DNA of 64,000 nt from the human T2T-CHM13v2.0 reference genome, Homo sapiens: assembly GCF_009914755.1 (NCBI RefSeq), contig NC_060929.1; one strand, 5' to 3'. A program made the position numbers and the translations under genes. Under the pieces are notes generated by a model that had not been told where the DNA came from, made no database searches, and saw only the letters and a list, made by a program, of their open reading frames with translations. Shown here in pieces: positions 40,861 to 58,394 of this stretch. Numbering within the stretch: position 1 is the first letter of the stretch; every line of letters begins with the position of its first letter.

Positions 40861-40887
40861 TATTTCTTTTAATTTTTATTATTTTTT

Positions 40888-42096
40888 GAGACATTGGTCT
40901 GGGCAAATATTTCTTAGATATAACCCCAAAAGTACAGCAACAAAAGCAAAAATAAACAAATGGGATTGCATTAAACTAAAAAGCTTCTGCACAGCAAAGG
41001 AAACACTTAACAGAGTGAAGAGACAAACCATGGAGTGGGAGAAAATATTTGCAAACCATATGTCTAATAAGGGGCTAATACCCAAAATATATAAGGAACT
41101 CAAATAACTCAATAGCAAGAAAACAAATAACCTAATCAAATAATGAGCAAAGGACCTAAATAGACAATTCTCAAAAGAAGACATACAATAGCCAACAGTT
41201 ATATGAAAAAAATGCCTATCACTAATAATCAGGGTAATGCAAATTAAAGCAATACTACCTCACACCTGTTAATATTGCTATTATCAAAAAGAAAAAGGAT
41301 AGCAAGTGTTAGTAAGGGTGTGGAGAAAGGGAACTCTTGTGAACTGTTGCTGGGATGATAAACTAACACAGCCATTATGGAAAACAGTATGGACATTCCT
41401 CAGAAAACTAAAAATAGAATTACCACATGATCCAGCAATCCTACTTCTGGGTATATATCCAAAGGGACTGAAATCAGTATGCTGAAGAGATATCTGTACT
41501 TCCATGTTCATTGCACCATTCTTCACAATAGCTAAGATATGGAAGCAACCTAGGTGTCCATCATCAGATGCACGGATAAAGGAAATGTGGCTTATATGCA
41601 TAATAGGATAGTATTCGGCCTCATAAAGGGGGGAAATCCTGTCATTTGCAACAGCATGGCTGAACCTCGAGGACATTATGTTAAGTGAAATAAGCCAGGC
41701 ATAGAGAGACAGATACTGCATATCTCACTCATACGTAGAATTTTAAAAAGTTGAACTCACAGAAGTAGAGAATAGAATGGTAGTTACCAGAGGCTGGGGG
41801 AAGGGGGTCAAGAGGGAAAGGGGAGATGTTGATCAAAGGGTGCAAAGTTTCGGTTACGAGAAATAAGCTTCAGTGATCTAATGCACAAAATGGTGACTAT
41901 AATTAATAAAATGGATCGTATACTTCAAAATTGCTAAAAGAGATTTTAAATGTTTTCACCACAAAAAATATGTAATAAATTTGTTAATCAGTCTGATTTA
42001 ATCATTCCACATTGTAAACATATATGGAAACATCACTTTGTACCCCATAAAAATAAACTATTATTATTTGATAATTAAAAATAAAATTTAAAAAAA
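40888..42096 (+). mobile_element. 5'-truncated L1MA5-7-like element
   Basis: ORF2 C-terminus ([19 protein letters not shown]) and 3'UTR ending GTACCCCATAAA...AATTAAAAATAAAATTTAAAAAAA. Confidence 0.9.
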
Positions 42097-42099
42097 GGT

Positions 42100-42232
42100 T
42101 AGGAAAATGAGGCACAGAAAGGGTGAGTAACTTATCAAAGTTCACCAACTAGAAAATGACAAAAGAAGTCGGGATTTGAACCCAGTCTGTCTGGTTGCAC
42201 AGCCTGTGCTCTGCTAATCACTCTACTATACT
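42100..42232 (-). mobile_element. MIR, second part
   Basis: GGAAAATGAGGCACAGAAAGGGTGAGTAACTT...GGGATTTGAACCCAGTCTGTCTG. Confidence 0.8.
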
Positions 42233-44119
42233 CCTATTTAAAGAGAAATACAGAGAAGCATAGAGGACTTCAGGAATCAGAGTCGGCTTTGTAAGAAAAA
42301 CACTCTGATCAAGTGGGGAGATGTTAACTTTGAGACTCCTGTCAAAGTATCCAGTGGGCAGTGAAGAATGTGGATCTAGAGTTCAGGAGAATGGTCTGCT
42401 CCAAGCATTTAGAATTAGAAAACATCAGTATGTAGGTAATTTGCCACTGCTGGTATAAAAACGATACCAGGAAGAACTTGTGCACTGAGACGATAAGTAG
42501 GCTAAGAATAGCATTGATAATATTTTAGATGGAGACAAACCCATAATGTTTATAATGTACTGTTATGTTTACATAGAGATTTATATCTACTCATCTACAT
42601 CTACATCTATTTTATTACAAAAGAATTTCACTTCTTTGAGAGACAAGGGTGCCTCATCACTTACCAGAAGACAACAAAAGTTGTATTTTTGAAAAAGTAA
42701 TGAAACAATTACCTGACAAGATTTTTCAACACTTCTTTGTTGGCCTTAACTTGTAGGAGAGGAAACCCATAGAAAGGAAACAGACTGTTAAATGGAAGAA
42801 AAGTCATGTGACTTCCTCTTTTAGATTATTTACAGGCTGTGAAGCAAACAGTGAAGTTACCAAACCTGTAGCTAAATCTATAAAATATATCATGTTTGCA
42901 CAACTTCATCAAATGACATTCTAAAAAGGATTATTCCAAAAAGACTCATTATATTGCCATCAGACATTTCAGCCAAAATACCAACAGAATGCCATGATCC
43001 AATGTGAAACTGAGAAAGCTACACACATATCATTTTGGTAGCAAGGAAAATGTTAGATTACTTTCATTTCTCCCAGCTTCAATAATAGCCTGCTTCATTC
43101 TGTAACAGTGAGATTCCATGTCACCAACACCATTAATCTGTCAACCATGAACACTACTTAACTTTGTGCTCTTCCCTCAGGATTTACATATAAACCTTAC
43201 AGCAGCTCTTGGCACTATTTCCTGGCTCTTCTCAGCAAACACAAAATATTGGCAGGAACTAGGATTAAATACTCTGTCATATCTAAAGGATGGCCTAAAT
43301 TGGAAAGCAATATTAGAAATATCAGTATCATCCTTACTCTTTGAACAAGTCCGTGTGATGCAGACCTTCAACATTTTAATTTTATTAATATTAACTTAAA
43401 AAAACAAAAATTACACATCAAAATTTGTCTTCTTTGTATATGAATTTATCCAAAATACATGCTTTTGATTATTAACATACCCAAACTATCTTACCTTGTT
43501 TTTATTTAGAGTTAGGAGTTAAAGATTTAGTATAGTGAAGGAAAGGTGTCAGAAAAGCCAGGGTTTGTGCCAGGGCTTGGCATAGTGCCTGCCTCCCAGC
43601 AGGAGATCAATAACTGTTGAATAGACAAGGCCTCAGTTCCCAAGGTGACAGATATATACTGTGACCTTTTGGGTTAGGTAGATAATGCTTTTTAAATGTT
43701 CTGTATAGTCCCAATATAAGAGTTGCCATGTATTGATGTTTCCTGGTTGGCATTAGCTTGACATTAAAAATTCAGCCTTTATTATGAAAGCATTCCAAAT
43801 GTTCTTTTGGTTCATTCTTGCTGAGAAAATCCCTCCCTGTTTCAAATGAAAGGGGGAAAAATGCATATTAGCCTGTAAGGCATTACTATATAGAGAGCAG
43901 TAGGACTGCCTAACACGTGTTGGGTAACACTGCATATTCAATAGTATATACAATATTTAAATGCCTCGAAATTTTGTATGATTTGCTACTCTTATCAGAA
44001 AGATGTGTCATATCACTGGGAGGTTCTACTTTTTTCTTCAAAGCAATTAAATGTAGGTATTGTTTTCCTAATGGTGAAAGAGAAGTTAGTATCTCAGTTT
44101 GCTTCCATTATAGGAATTC

Positions 44120-44210
44120 TCTGTAACACTAATCAGCCGTGTGGTCTTGGGACATATTTGTAACTTTTCTGAGCCTCAGTTCTCTTTCTGTAAAAGAAAA
44201 AATTTAAATG
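44120..44210 (+). mobile_element. MIR fragment
   Basis: GTGTGGTCTTGGGAC...TAACTTTTCTGAGCCTCAGTT...CTGTAAAA. Confidence 0.7.
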
Positions 44211-44887
44211 ATGGTTGAAAATCACGTTTTCTTTTAAGTCTAGCTCATTAATTATCTCATGCTTTTATTTTAGAAAGGTATTTCTTTTACAGCTCTAGTT
44301 TATGGTAAGAGGTTTTAATTAATATACTGTAATGCCAATCAACTTTTATTTTCTCCAATTGGTAATTATTTGAAATTCTTTGTATCTATGATTTATTACT
44401 TCTGCATCTGAGTTCATATATTCTATTTTCCATTACTTCATAGCTAGGCAGAAAAGGAACCAGCCCTGGTACCTACTGATGGTGTTCCTAGGTTCTGCAT
44501 ACTTTTCTTTGAAAATAGATTGAGGTTTTTTCCTTTATCTTCATCAAAACAGTGTGAAATTGAAGTGGGAGCATTATTTGCCTTAGTTAAGAAAATGATG
44601 TAAACAATTGAACTCACTTTTAATTTTTTCTGTAAATCACTTTCCTTTCTTATTCACATCAAAAAAAAAAGGTTTACAAGCAGCTCCTTAGCAAATTTTA
44701 GCTTTAGAATGTCTGCAACAATAAATGTTTTGGAATCTTAAACTCTGCAACTTACCACAGAGGGCAAGATTAAAGAAAACATTTGGTCAGAAACAAATCT
44801 CTCCCCCCAAAAAATGCTTCATACAGCAAATTAATTACCTAAACACAATTATGTCACCAATTTTTAAATTTGCTCACTCATAATTCT

Positions 44888-45117
44888 TAGGTTACAAGAC
44901 AAAATAACCAAATTTTACCAATTATATTTGGATTTCAGATAAACAATAAATAAGTTTTAGTATAATAATACATGCAATATTTGGAACAGATTTATACTAA
45001 AATGTATTCTTATACTAAATGTTAACATACACTATATGTTAAAAATTATTTGCTATTCATCTGAAATTCAAATTTAACTGGGTATACTGTATTTTTATTT
45101 GCTAATTTGATGACCTT
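44888..45117. mobile_element. MER53 palindromic hAT MITE
   Basis: ATTTCAGATAAACAA...TCTGAAATTCAAATTTAACTGGG..CTGTATTTTTATTTGCTAA; self-complementary arms. Confidence 0.8.
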
Positions 45118-45149
45118 TTAATATTTCTATTTATAAAAGGAATTACAGT

Positions 45150-45560
45150 GATGCTAGCTGGATAATGTAAACTCCAAGTGGCCTAATACAAGAAATCTGT
45201 TTCTCATGGTCTAATGTGAGTCTTCCTAGTGGAAGACGGCTTTTCTCTAAGTGGTCATTCAAGAACCCAAACTCCTCTCATTTTCTGGCTGTATCATCCC
45301 ATAGGCTTTGGGAGGAGTCCTCTGCATCCAGCAGACAGAAAGAGGGAGGGGGAATAAGGCACACCCACTTCTTAACTGTGTCAACCCAGAAATGACACTA
45401 TTTGCACTCACAAGTCATTGGTGAGAAGCAGTCACATGGCCCCACCTAGATTCAACAGGAACTGAGAAATTTAAACCCTTGCTGAGTGGTGACTTCCCAG
45501 AGACACCTCTAAATAATGAAAAAGATGAATAACATTTTGGTGAAAAGTCTGTGCCTCAGC
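45150..45560 (-). mobile_element. Old MLT1 (I/J/K-like) LTR
   Basis: GTCATTCAAGAACCCA...CCAGAAATGACAC...CATTGGTGAGAAGCAGTCACATGGCCCCACCTAG. Confidence 0.7.
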
Positions 45561-45613
45561 ATGGAACCAAAGGAAATAAATACGATAAGCATCTGATACA
45601 ATTTCATTTTGTA

Positions 45614-45668
45614 TTAGGATGGAGCAAAAGTAATGGCAAAAACTGCAATTACTTTTGTGCCCACCTAA
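45614..45668. mobile_element. MADE1 (Hsmar1 MITE), internally deleted
   Basis: TA|TTAGGATGGAGCAAAAGTAAT-GGCAAAAACTGCAATTACTTTTGTGCCCACCTAA|TA. Confidence 0.88.
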
Positions 45669-46858
45669 TACTTTGGAGAGATAAACCACCAAATTTATTT
45701 GGGACCCTCCCCTCATTTTATTAGCAGTGTACAATCTTTGATATTTAGTACGCAGTAGAAATGAAGCTGACCTAGTTGATGGTTTTGTGTGGAATTTTTT
45801 TCATGATACTGAAAAATTGTGATTACACATCTATATCAATCTATGTGAAAGATCATGAGAATCAACAAGTTAATAGGTGTGAATTGCTTTGGGGAATTCA
45901 AATGTCTTGCATTAATAAAATCAAAACACGTGTTACAACTGAGGACTCCTCAGAGGATATAGCTGTCTGCTACAAAGACCACCAGCAGCCACATTCTCCC
46001 TCAATCTGGGATATAACACTGAGCCCTGAAGTCCGCTTGAAACTTAACCAGAAGGATCAACCATGATACACATTATCTTAATCTGTGAGTCTGTCTTTCC
46101 AACTCTGAGAGGGACTTGGTTTCTTACTTGCTTAGTCATGTCTTTGGAACATTCTGATTCTGCCCGGCTGTTTCCTATGTTCTCGTCCTTCTTGGATCTC
46201 GACCCACTGACTCTGATGTTCCCAATTGGTCCAGAATTTTGCACTGACCTACTGTTTGATATGCCTCCCTCTCAGGGCTTGTCATAACCACAGTAATATT
46301 CCTTCCCTTTGTAGCTGGGCTCTTGATCAAGGTCTCCGTAACCCCCCATTACCATATTTCTCACCAGCTTCAGTCTCCATGGGCTCTTGATATTAAATCT
46401 GTGGCCATTATTGATAAGCTGCATTGCCTAAATTGTCTTTATAAATGCATTCTCCTAACCTCTTCAAAATTATAGAAGGTTACCTCTTGCTCCCATACGA
46501 CCAACAGTGAGCTCCAGTGTTGTATAGGTGAAAACTGCTCGAGACCTGGCTTTTTGCACTTTTTCCCCTATGGACAAAATGAACTTAGTGTGTTTCCTTT
46601 TCTCTATACCACTCAAAGGAATTTCTCATTTTTCTTCTATCCTAAAAGCTTTGAGTTCTCCCATCAAGGGAGCCTGGTCTATAAGCATGTAGTGCTTCAC
46701 ATCAAAACATACCTCTCCAATAGCAATGTCATAAAAATGCAGGTAAGTGTATGTTTCATAAAACCACTTAAGAGATAGAAGATTCTTGCAACATCTCACT
46801 GTCACTTAGCTAGATTCTTACCGTCTTGTCAAAAGCCACTCCATAATTCGTATTACTT

Positions 46859-52813
<5,955 letters not shown>

Positions 52814-54069
52814 TAATTCGTATTACTTCTAAGACTCCTTTCTGTAATTTCTGTGCTAAAAATTCCACTGTGCTTAACCATTAGAGTGCTAAAAAGCCCT
52901 CCCAGGACTTCTTCACAGGCATAGATGAATTATTACTTTCTTCATATCAAACTATTTTTTTTTTGGTGCCTGTATGATGTCTAGCACTACATGAGGCACT
53001 GCAGAGCTCTACCAAGATGTGAATTTTGCCTTTTATCAGTGGTGTCTGGTTCATAATATATGCACAATACATATTTGTTGAATAAATTAAGGATCTGAGT
53101 GAGAGAACTATGGTATCTCTTGTTCTGTTGTGTGCCATTTCCTTACTTTAAAGCCAATTACCCCATTGCTTATGGTAGGGGCAGTGTTACCATAGGTCAA
53201 ATCTCCAAGAGCTTAGGAATGCAAAGGGCTCTGAGAGAACACAATAAACACCCTAGAGCTTAACAATAAGTATATGCATTCATTGAATAGGAACATAGTC
53301 CCTCTTCATTTACACATGGTAATTTTCACAGATTATAGACCATATTAATTTCAGCCTTTTTTTTAGGAAAAGAAGTTGTTCTGATGTTTTTTTGTATAGT
53401 CTGTTGAACTGAAAACTATCATGTATTTACTTGGAATTATTTAGAACAAATAAAGATTATTTTCTTGTATGGAGATCGAAGACTCACAATGTTACTTTAC
53501 CAAAAGAGTAGTTACTAAAACATCTACTTTGAAAATACACATTATTGACTGACTCTTAGAGCCCATGAGGCTACAAGCAATTTCAATCTATTAGAACTCA
53601 GTGATTTCCTAGGCAGCAGGAGAATAACTGACTAGAGTTACTACTTGATTCCTCTATTCAAATTGCAAGAACTAAATTATATTGGGAATGCATATGGCAA
53701 GTGGAAGGAATAAATAATATTTAGTCACTACAAGTAAAATATAATCATAACCAGAAAAAAAATTTATGAGAGAATGAAACAAAGACAGAAAATTTGCATC
53801 CTAGGACTACAAGGAGAGACTCCTAATAACTCACCTCAAGTATAGCCATCATCTAGCTCCTCAGTGTTTATAAAGTAAAGGTTAAACTGCTTACCTTGGT
53901 AGGCAAGGCATGCTACATTCTGATCCTAACAATTACATCCAGTCTCAATTCTACTTTCTCCTCCCTTTACCTCCTGGCCACATAATTGACATTTAGAGCA
54001 ATTTACCAGAGTATATATTCACACATGTAGGCAGAAAATTTAATCAGTATTTTAGTGCTTAACTCTTAA

Positions 54070-54925
54070 GTATGAGCACAGAGACAAGAATCATCAGACA
54101 TTTAGGGAAAGCCACCAACATAAAAGAGACCCAAATAAACAACCACAAAGCAATCTGGAGTTAATAGAGGCTATGAAGGGAATGGAGAATACTTAAAAAA
54201 AAAAAAGCAACAATTAATTTTCTCAGAGAGAGATAAGAAACAAATCAGAGAACAAGAAAGAGTAATTGGAAATTAAAAATGAAAGAACTGAAATTAAAAA
54301 TAAATCAGTTAAAGAAATGGAAGAAAAAGCCAAGGAAATATTTCAGAAAATAATATAAAGTAGTTGAAAGGATGGACTACAGGAAAAACAAGCTAATTAA
54401 AGGGTCAATCAAGAAGGCCCAATATCAAATTGGCTCCATGAGGGCAATGTTTTGTTCACTGCTATTACCTCTAGCACAGAATTACAATGCCTTGCTAGGG
54501 GAGGGGCATGATAACTATTTGTTGAATGAATAAATGCATGCTCCAAAGAGAAATCAGAGGGATAATGATGGGATCAAAAGAGGACGAAAATAAACCTTCC
54601 CCAAAATGAAGACCATGTATCATATAAAATGGCCCATCAACTGTCCAGCACATTTTTTTCAAAACCCGTATTAATTATTAATGCTCATTATCATAAAATT
54701 TCAAAATCAGAGATAATGAAAAGATACTAAACCCAAGAACCAAAAACTAGCCATATGCAAAGAATGAGAAATCAAAATGGCTTAGATTTCTCAAAAAAAT
54801 ATTACAAGTTAAAAGTTATAAGAACAAGCCTTCAAATTCTAAAAGAAATTATTTCTTAGCCCAGAATTATTAATCAAATGGTGAGGTAGAATAGAGACAT
54901 TTTTGCATGTGAAAAATAACAGAAA
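54070..54925 (+). mobile_element. HAL1/old L1 ORF1-like remnant with an L2 3' end inserted at ~54434-54540
   Basis: A-rich ORF1-like motifs (TTGGAAATTAAAAAT; ATCATAAAATTTCAAAA; AAATCAAAATGGCTTAGATTTCTCAA; GCCTTCAAATTCTAA). Confidence 0.65.
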
Positions 54926-54939
54926 ATGTCTGTCTCATT

Positions 54940-55155
54940 CTTGTTTGAATCTGTTCCCCTACTTACTAGGTGTGTGACCTTTGGCAAACTACTTCAGCTC
55001 CCTTGCCTCACAGCGTAATTCACATGTAAAATGGGGACTCCCCTCAGACCTCCTTCATAAGGTTGCTGTATGGATTCTGTGAGTTATTTCATGAGTAGTC
55101 CTGAGAACAGAGCCTGGCATAAAGTAAGTACTCAATAAACTGTTAATTACTATTT
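54940..55155 (+). mobile_element. MIR
   Basis: TTTGAATC...ACTTACTAGGTGTGTGACCTTTGGCAA...TGTAAAATGGGG...CCTGGCATAAAGTAAGTACTCAATAAA. Confidence 0.82.
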
Positions 55156-56606
55156 TTAATTATTCTAAAATAAAACGAAAGTCTCCACAAAGCAATAGGA
55201 TATTTATGAAGTTCATGTGTACATCTTATTTGGTTACTAGAAAGCCATTTGTATTTTTCTTCTTACATAATGTTAGCCATACTTTTTGTATTCTCTTTTT
55301 TTTCCATTTGTCTCCCTGTCTTTCTTACTTCAACATTTATTATATTGGCACAACTGCTAAGTTTTTTGGTATGTGATGAGAGAATGACATAAAATCTATG
55401 CTTAAGTAAATTGAGGGAAAAAGGGAAAAATGCAAGAAAAAAACTTGTTCTCCAGACACAGTGGGAAAAAAATAGAATTAAACTTATATTGCACTTTTAA
55501 ATCAATTTTTTGAGTTAAAAATTATAAGTGAAAATGATGCTCTGAGATTAGAACCAATTCATTAATCAATGTTGAATACAAGCACTTGGCTATGTCTCCA
55601 GCTCCTAATGCCTTTCTGAGCTGACACGCTTCATTATTGTCAGATGAGTTTTCAATTGAGAGGGATAGCTTTGAACACTCAACTGCCCTTTAGCAGGCAA
55701 ACACGCAGGAAATGGCACAAGAAGCTTGAAACCAAACTCGTGTTCCTGGACTCAGTTTGGTTTTCACTCAGTGTGGCTGACTGGCACCTGTTTCAACAAA
55801 CATTGGTACCCTTTCCCTCTATTCCTTCATGAAGCTATCTTCTCAGCTGAGGAACAATTAGAAAAACATTTGGGGCACATGGAAGGAATTAAAAGAATAT
55901 CCAAAGTAAATTCTCCTCCTACCACACAATAAACCCTGACTCCCATAACAGAAAAATCCACTTGCAAATCAAATTCTAAAGCATTCTAAAGGATGGCTTT
56001 GGTGAAGACTGCTTGAAATAGCTTATGGGTAGGTCCAGATTTTCAGCACAACTGGATTTTAAGTGTAAGGAGAAATGCCTTTCTGCAGTCCTGTTTCCTC
56101 TACGTAAACAAGGTGTCCTCAGCACGGCCCTCAGAGGCCCACCCACTCACACCTGCCAGGATGTTGCTGGCCTCCAGCACATGCTTCCCCCAGTGAATTC
56201 AGTTCACTCCAAAAGAAAGAAAAATTACATAAGGTTTTCTCAAAACCAAACAAAACAAAAACATAAAAAACTGACATCTCTATTACCCTTTTGTTTTCCA
56301 GAAGTGCTAGCAGAATATCAGGATAAGATGGACAAAACGCAGGCTGAAAGGCAAGAAATCTGGCTCTAACACCAAAACCTCATGCCAGCGTTCTGAGTCT
56401 GCATTTCTTCCCTATAAAATACTGGTGATTCCTATTTATAGGCCTTCTTGCCTCCTTGAGAAAATCAAATGAGCTACTTGATGTGAAAGGACTTAAAAAC
56501 TATCTTTGTTATTCTAATTGATAAAATGTATTTTTTTTTAACAAATATTTGTTTAGTATGCCCAGCACTATTCTAGGTCTGGGGCACATAAGAACGAGCA
56601 GTAGTA

Positions 56607-56903
56607 GGCCATGCGTGGTGGCTCACGCCTGTAATCCCAGAACTTTGGGAGGCAAAGGTGGGCAGATCACTTGAGCCGAGGAGTTCGAGACTAGCCTGGC
56701 CACCATGGTGAAGCCCCATCTCTACTAAAAATACAAAAATTAGCCAGGTGTGATGGCACACACCTGTAATCCCAGCTACTGAGGAGGCTGAGGCAGGAGA
56801 ATCGCTTGAATCCAGGAGGCAGAGGTTGGAGTGAGCTGAGATTGTACTACTGCACTCCAGCCTGGGCGACAAAGTGAGACTCTGTTTTAAACAACAACAA
56901 AAA
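56607..56903 (+). mobile_element. AluS/Jb-like
   Basis: Full dimer with (AAC)n tail; degenerate TSD core AGCAGTA. Confidence 0.93.
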
Positions 56904-56964
56904 CAGCAGTATTGATATAAAGTCTTTTTCTCCAATAAGTTTTCATTTAAAAATACATATACAT

Positions 56965-57398
<434 letters not shown>

Positions 57399-57449
57399 GA
57401 GAGAGAGAGAGAGACATGAAATACACATACATAATATATACACATAATA

Positions 57450-57680
57450 TATATTAGGGTTATCCGGAGAAACAGAATTAGGGTGTGTATACATAGAAAT
57501 ATATATTTATTTTTATATCTATATTTATATATTTATATTTACATGTACCCACATACACACAGAGAGAAAGAGATTTATTTTAAGGAATTGGCTCCTGTGA
57601 TTGTGGAGATTTAATGAGTCCAAAATCTGATGAGTTGGGCCCTAGGCAGAGCTGTAGGGAAGACTCCAAAGGCAATGTGC
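57450..57680 (-). mobile_element. MLT2 LTR fragment
   Basis: TATTAGGGTTATCCGGAGAAACAGAA...AGAGATTTATTTTAAGGAATTGGCTC..GTGATTGTGGAG. Confidence 0.8.
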
Positions 57681-57914
57681 TTTTACAAAACTCAGATAAA
57701 TTGTATGATCTCCGGTTTAATACTCTGTCTGAAAGTCCATCTAAGATTTAGAAGTTGAAATAATTCTATGATCCATTGGCTGGATTAATGAAGTTATGTT
57801 TAATGGTAGAAAGCAAATATTCACATTTTCATTTAAGTCCCCAAGAGAATCACGGTTATCTGGAGCATTAAAAAAACATTAAGCATTAAGAGTAGTATCT
57901 TAAAAGCTCTATTA

Positions 57915-58135
57915 TCCAGTTATATCACTGAGCGACAAGAAACATAGCTATATGCTTTGCCATCTGTGCATGAGCTGAATAACAGACATGCAGTGAAAGG
58001 AGTAACGTGATTGGTCACTGATCAAGTTGCACATTCGTTATTTGCATAGTGATTTGTGGACTGAAGAGGTAGCAGTTGTGCTTTATTGCAATTACCACAG
58101 TTAATGTACACTGACTGGTAACCAAAATTGGAATT
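57915..58135 (-). mobile_element. Tigger-family fragment (same family as 61986-63043, inverted)
   Basis: TAGTGATTTGTGGACTGAAG and GCTGAATAACAGAC are reverse-complement matches to 62139-62158 and ~62238-62253. Confidence 0.65.
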
Positions 58136-58394
58136 TTGCTTGTGTCTATTTAAAACCCAAGCTGGTTGAGATCATATAAGGAATTACTAGACAGAAAACA
58201 GGAGGAAGTTAAGTACTATACCAGGTGGGATCCCAAATTGTAGAGGTAAAATAGGAAAAATTTAGTAAAAGAGATTACGATAAAGCAGTCAGTGAGGTGG
58301 TGGGAAAGCAAAAAAATGTAGTGCCTACAAATCAAATTTCTGTAGTGTTTTGAGAATGGGGAAACTCTTGACTTTGGTCAGCATGCTCCTAAGT

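Noticed and set aside
43166-43399. Overlapping 77-aa and 65-aa ORFs on opposite strands in unique DNA
   Set aside because: Unrecognised peptides with no convincing donor; lengths are compatible with chance.
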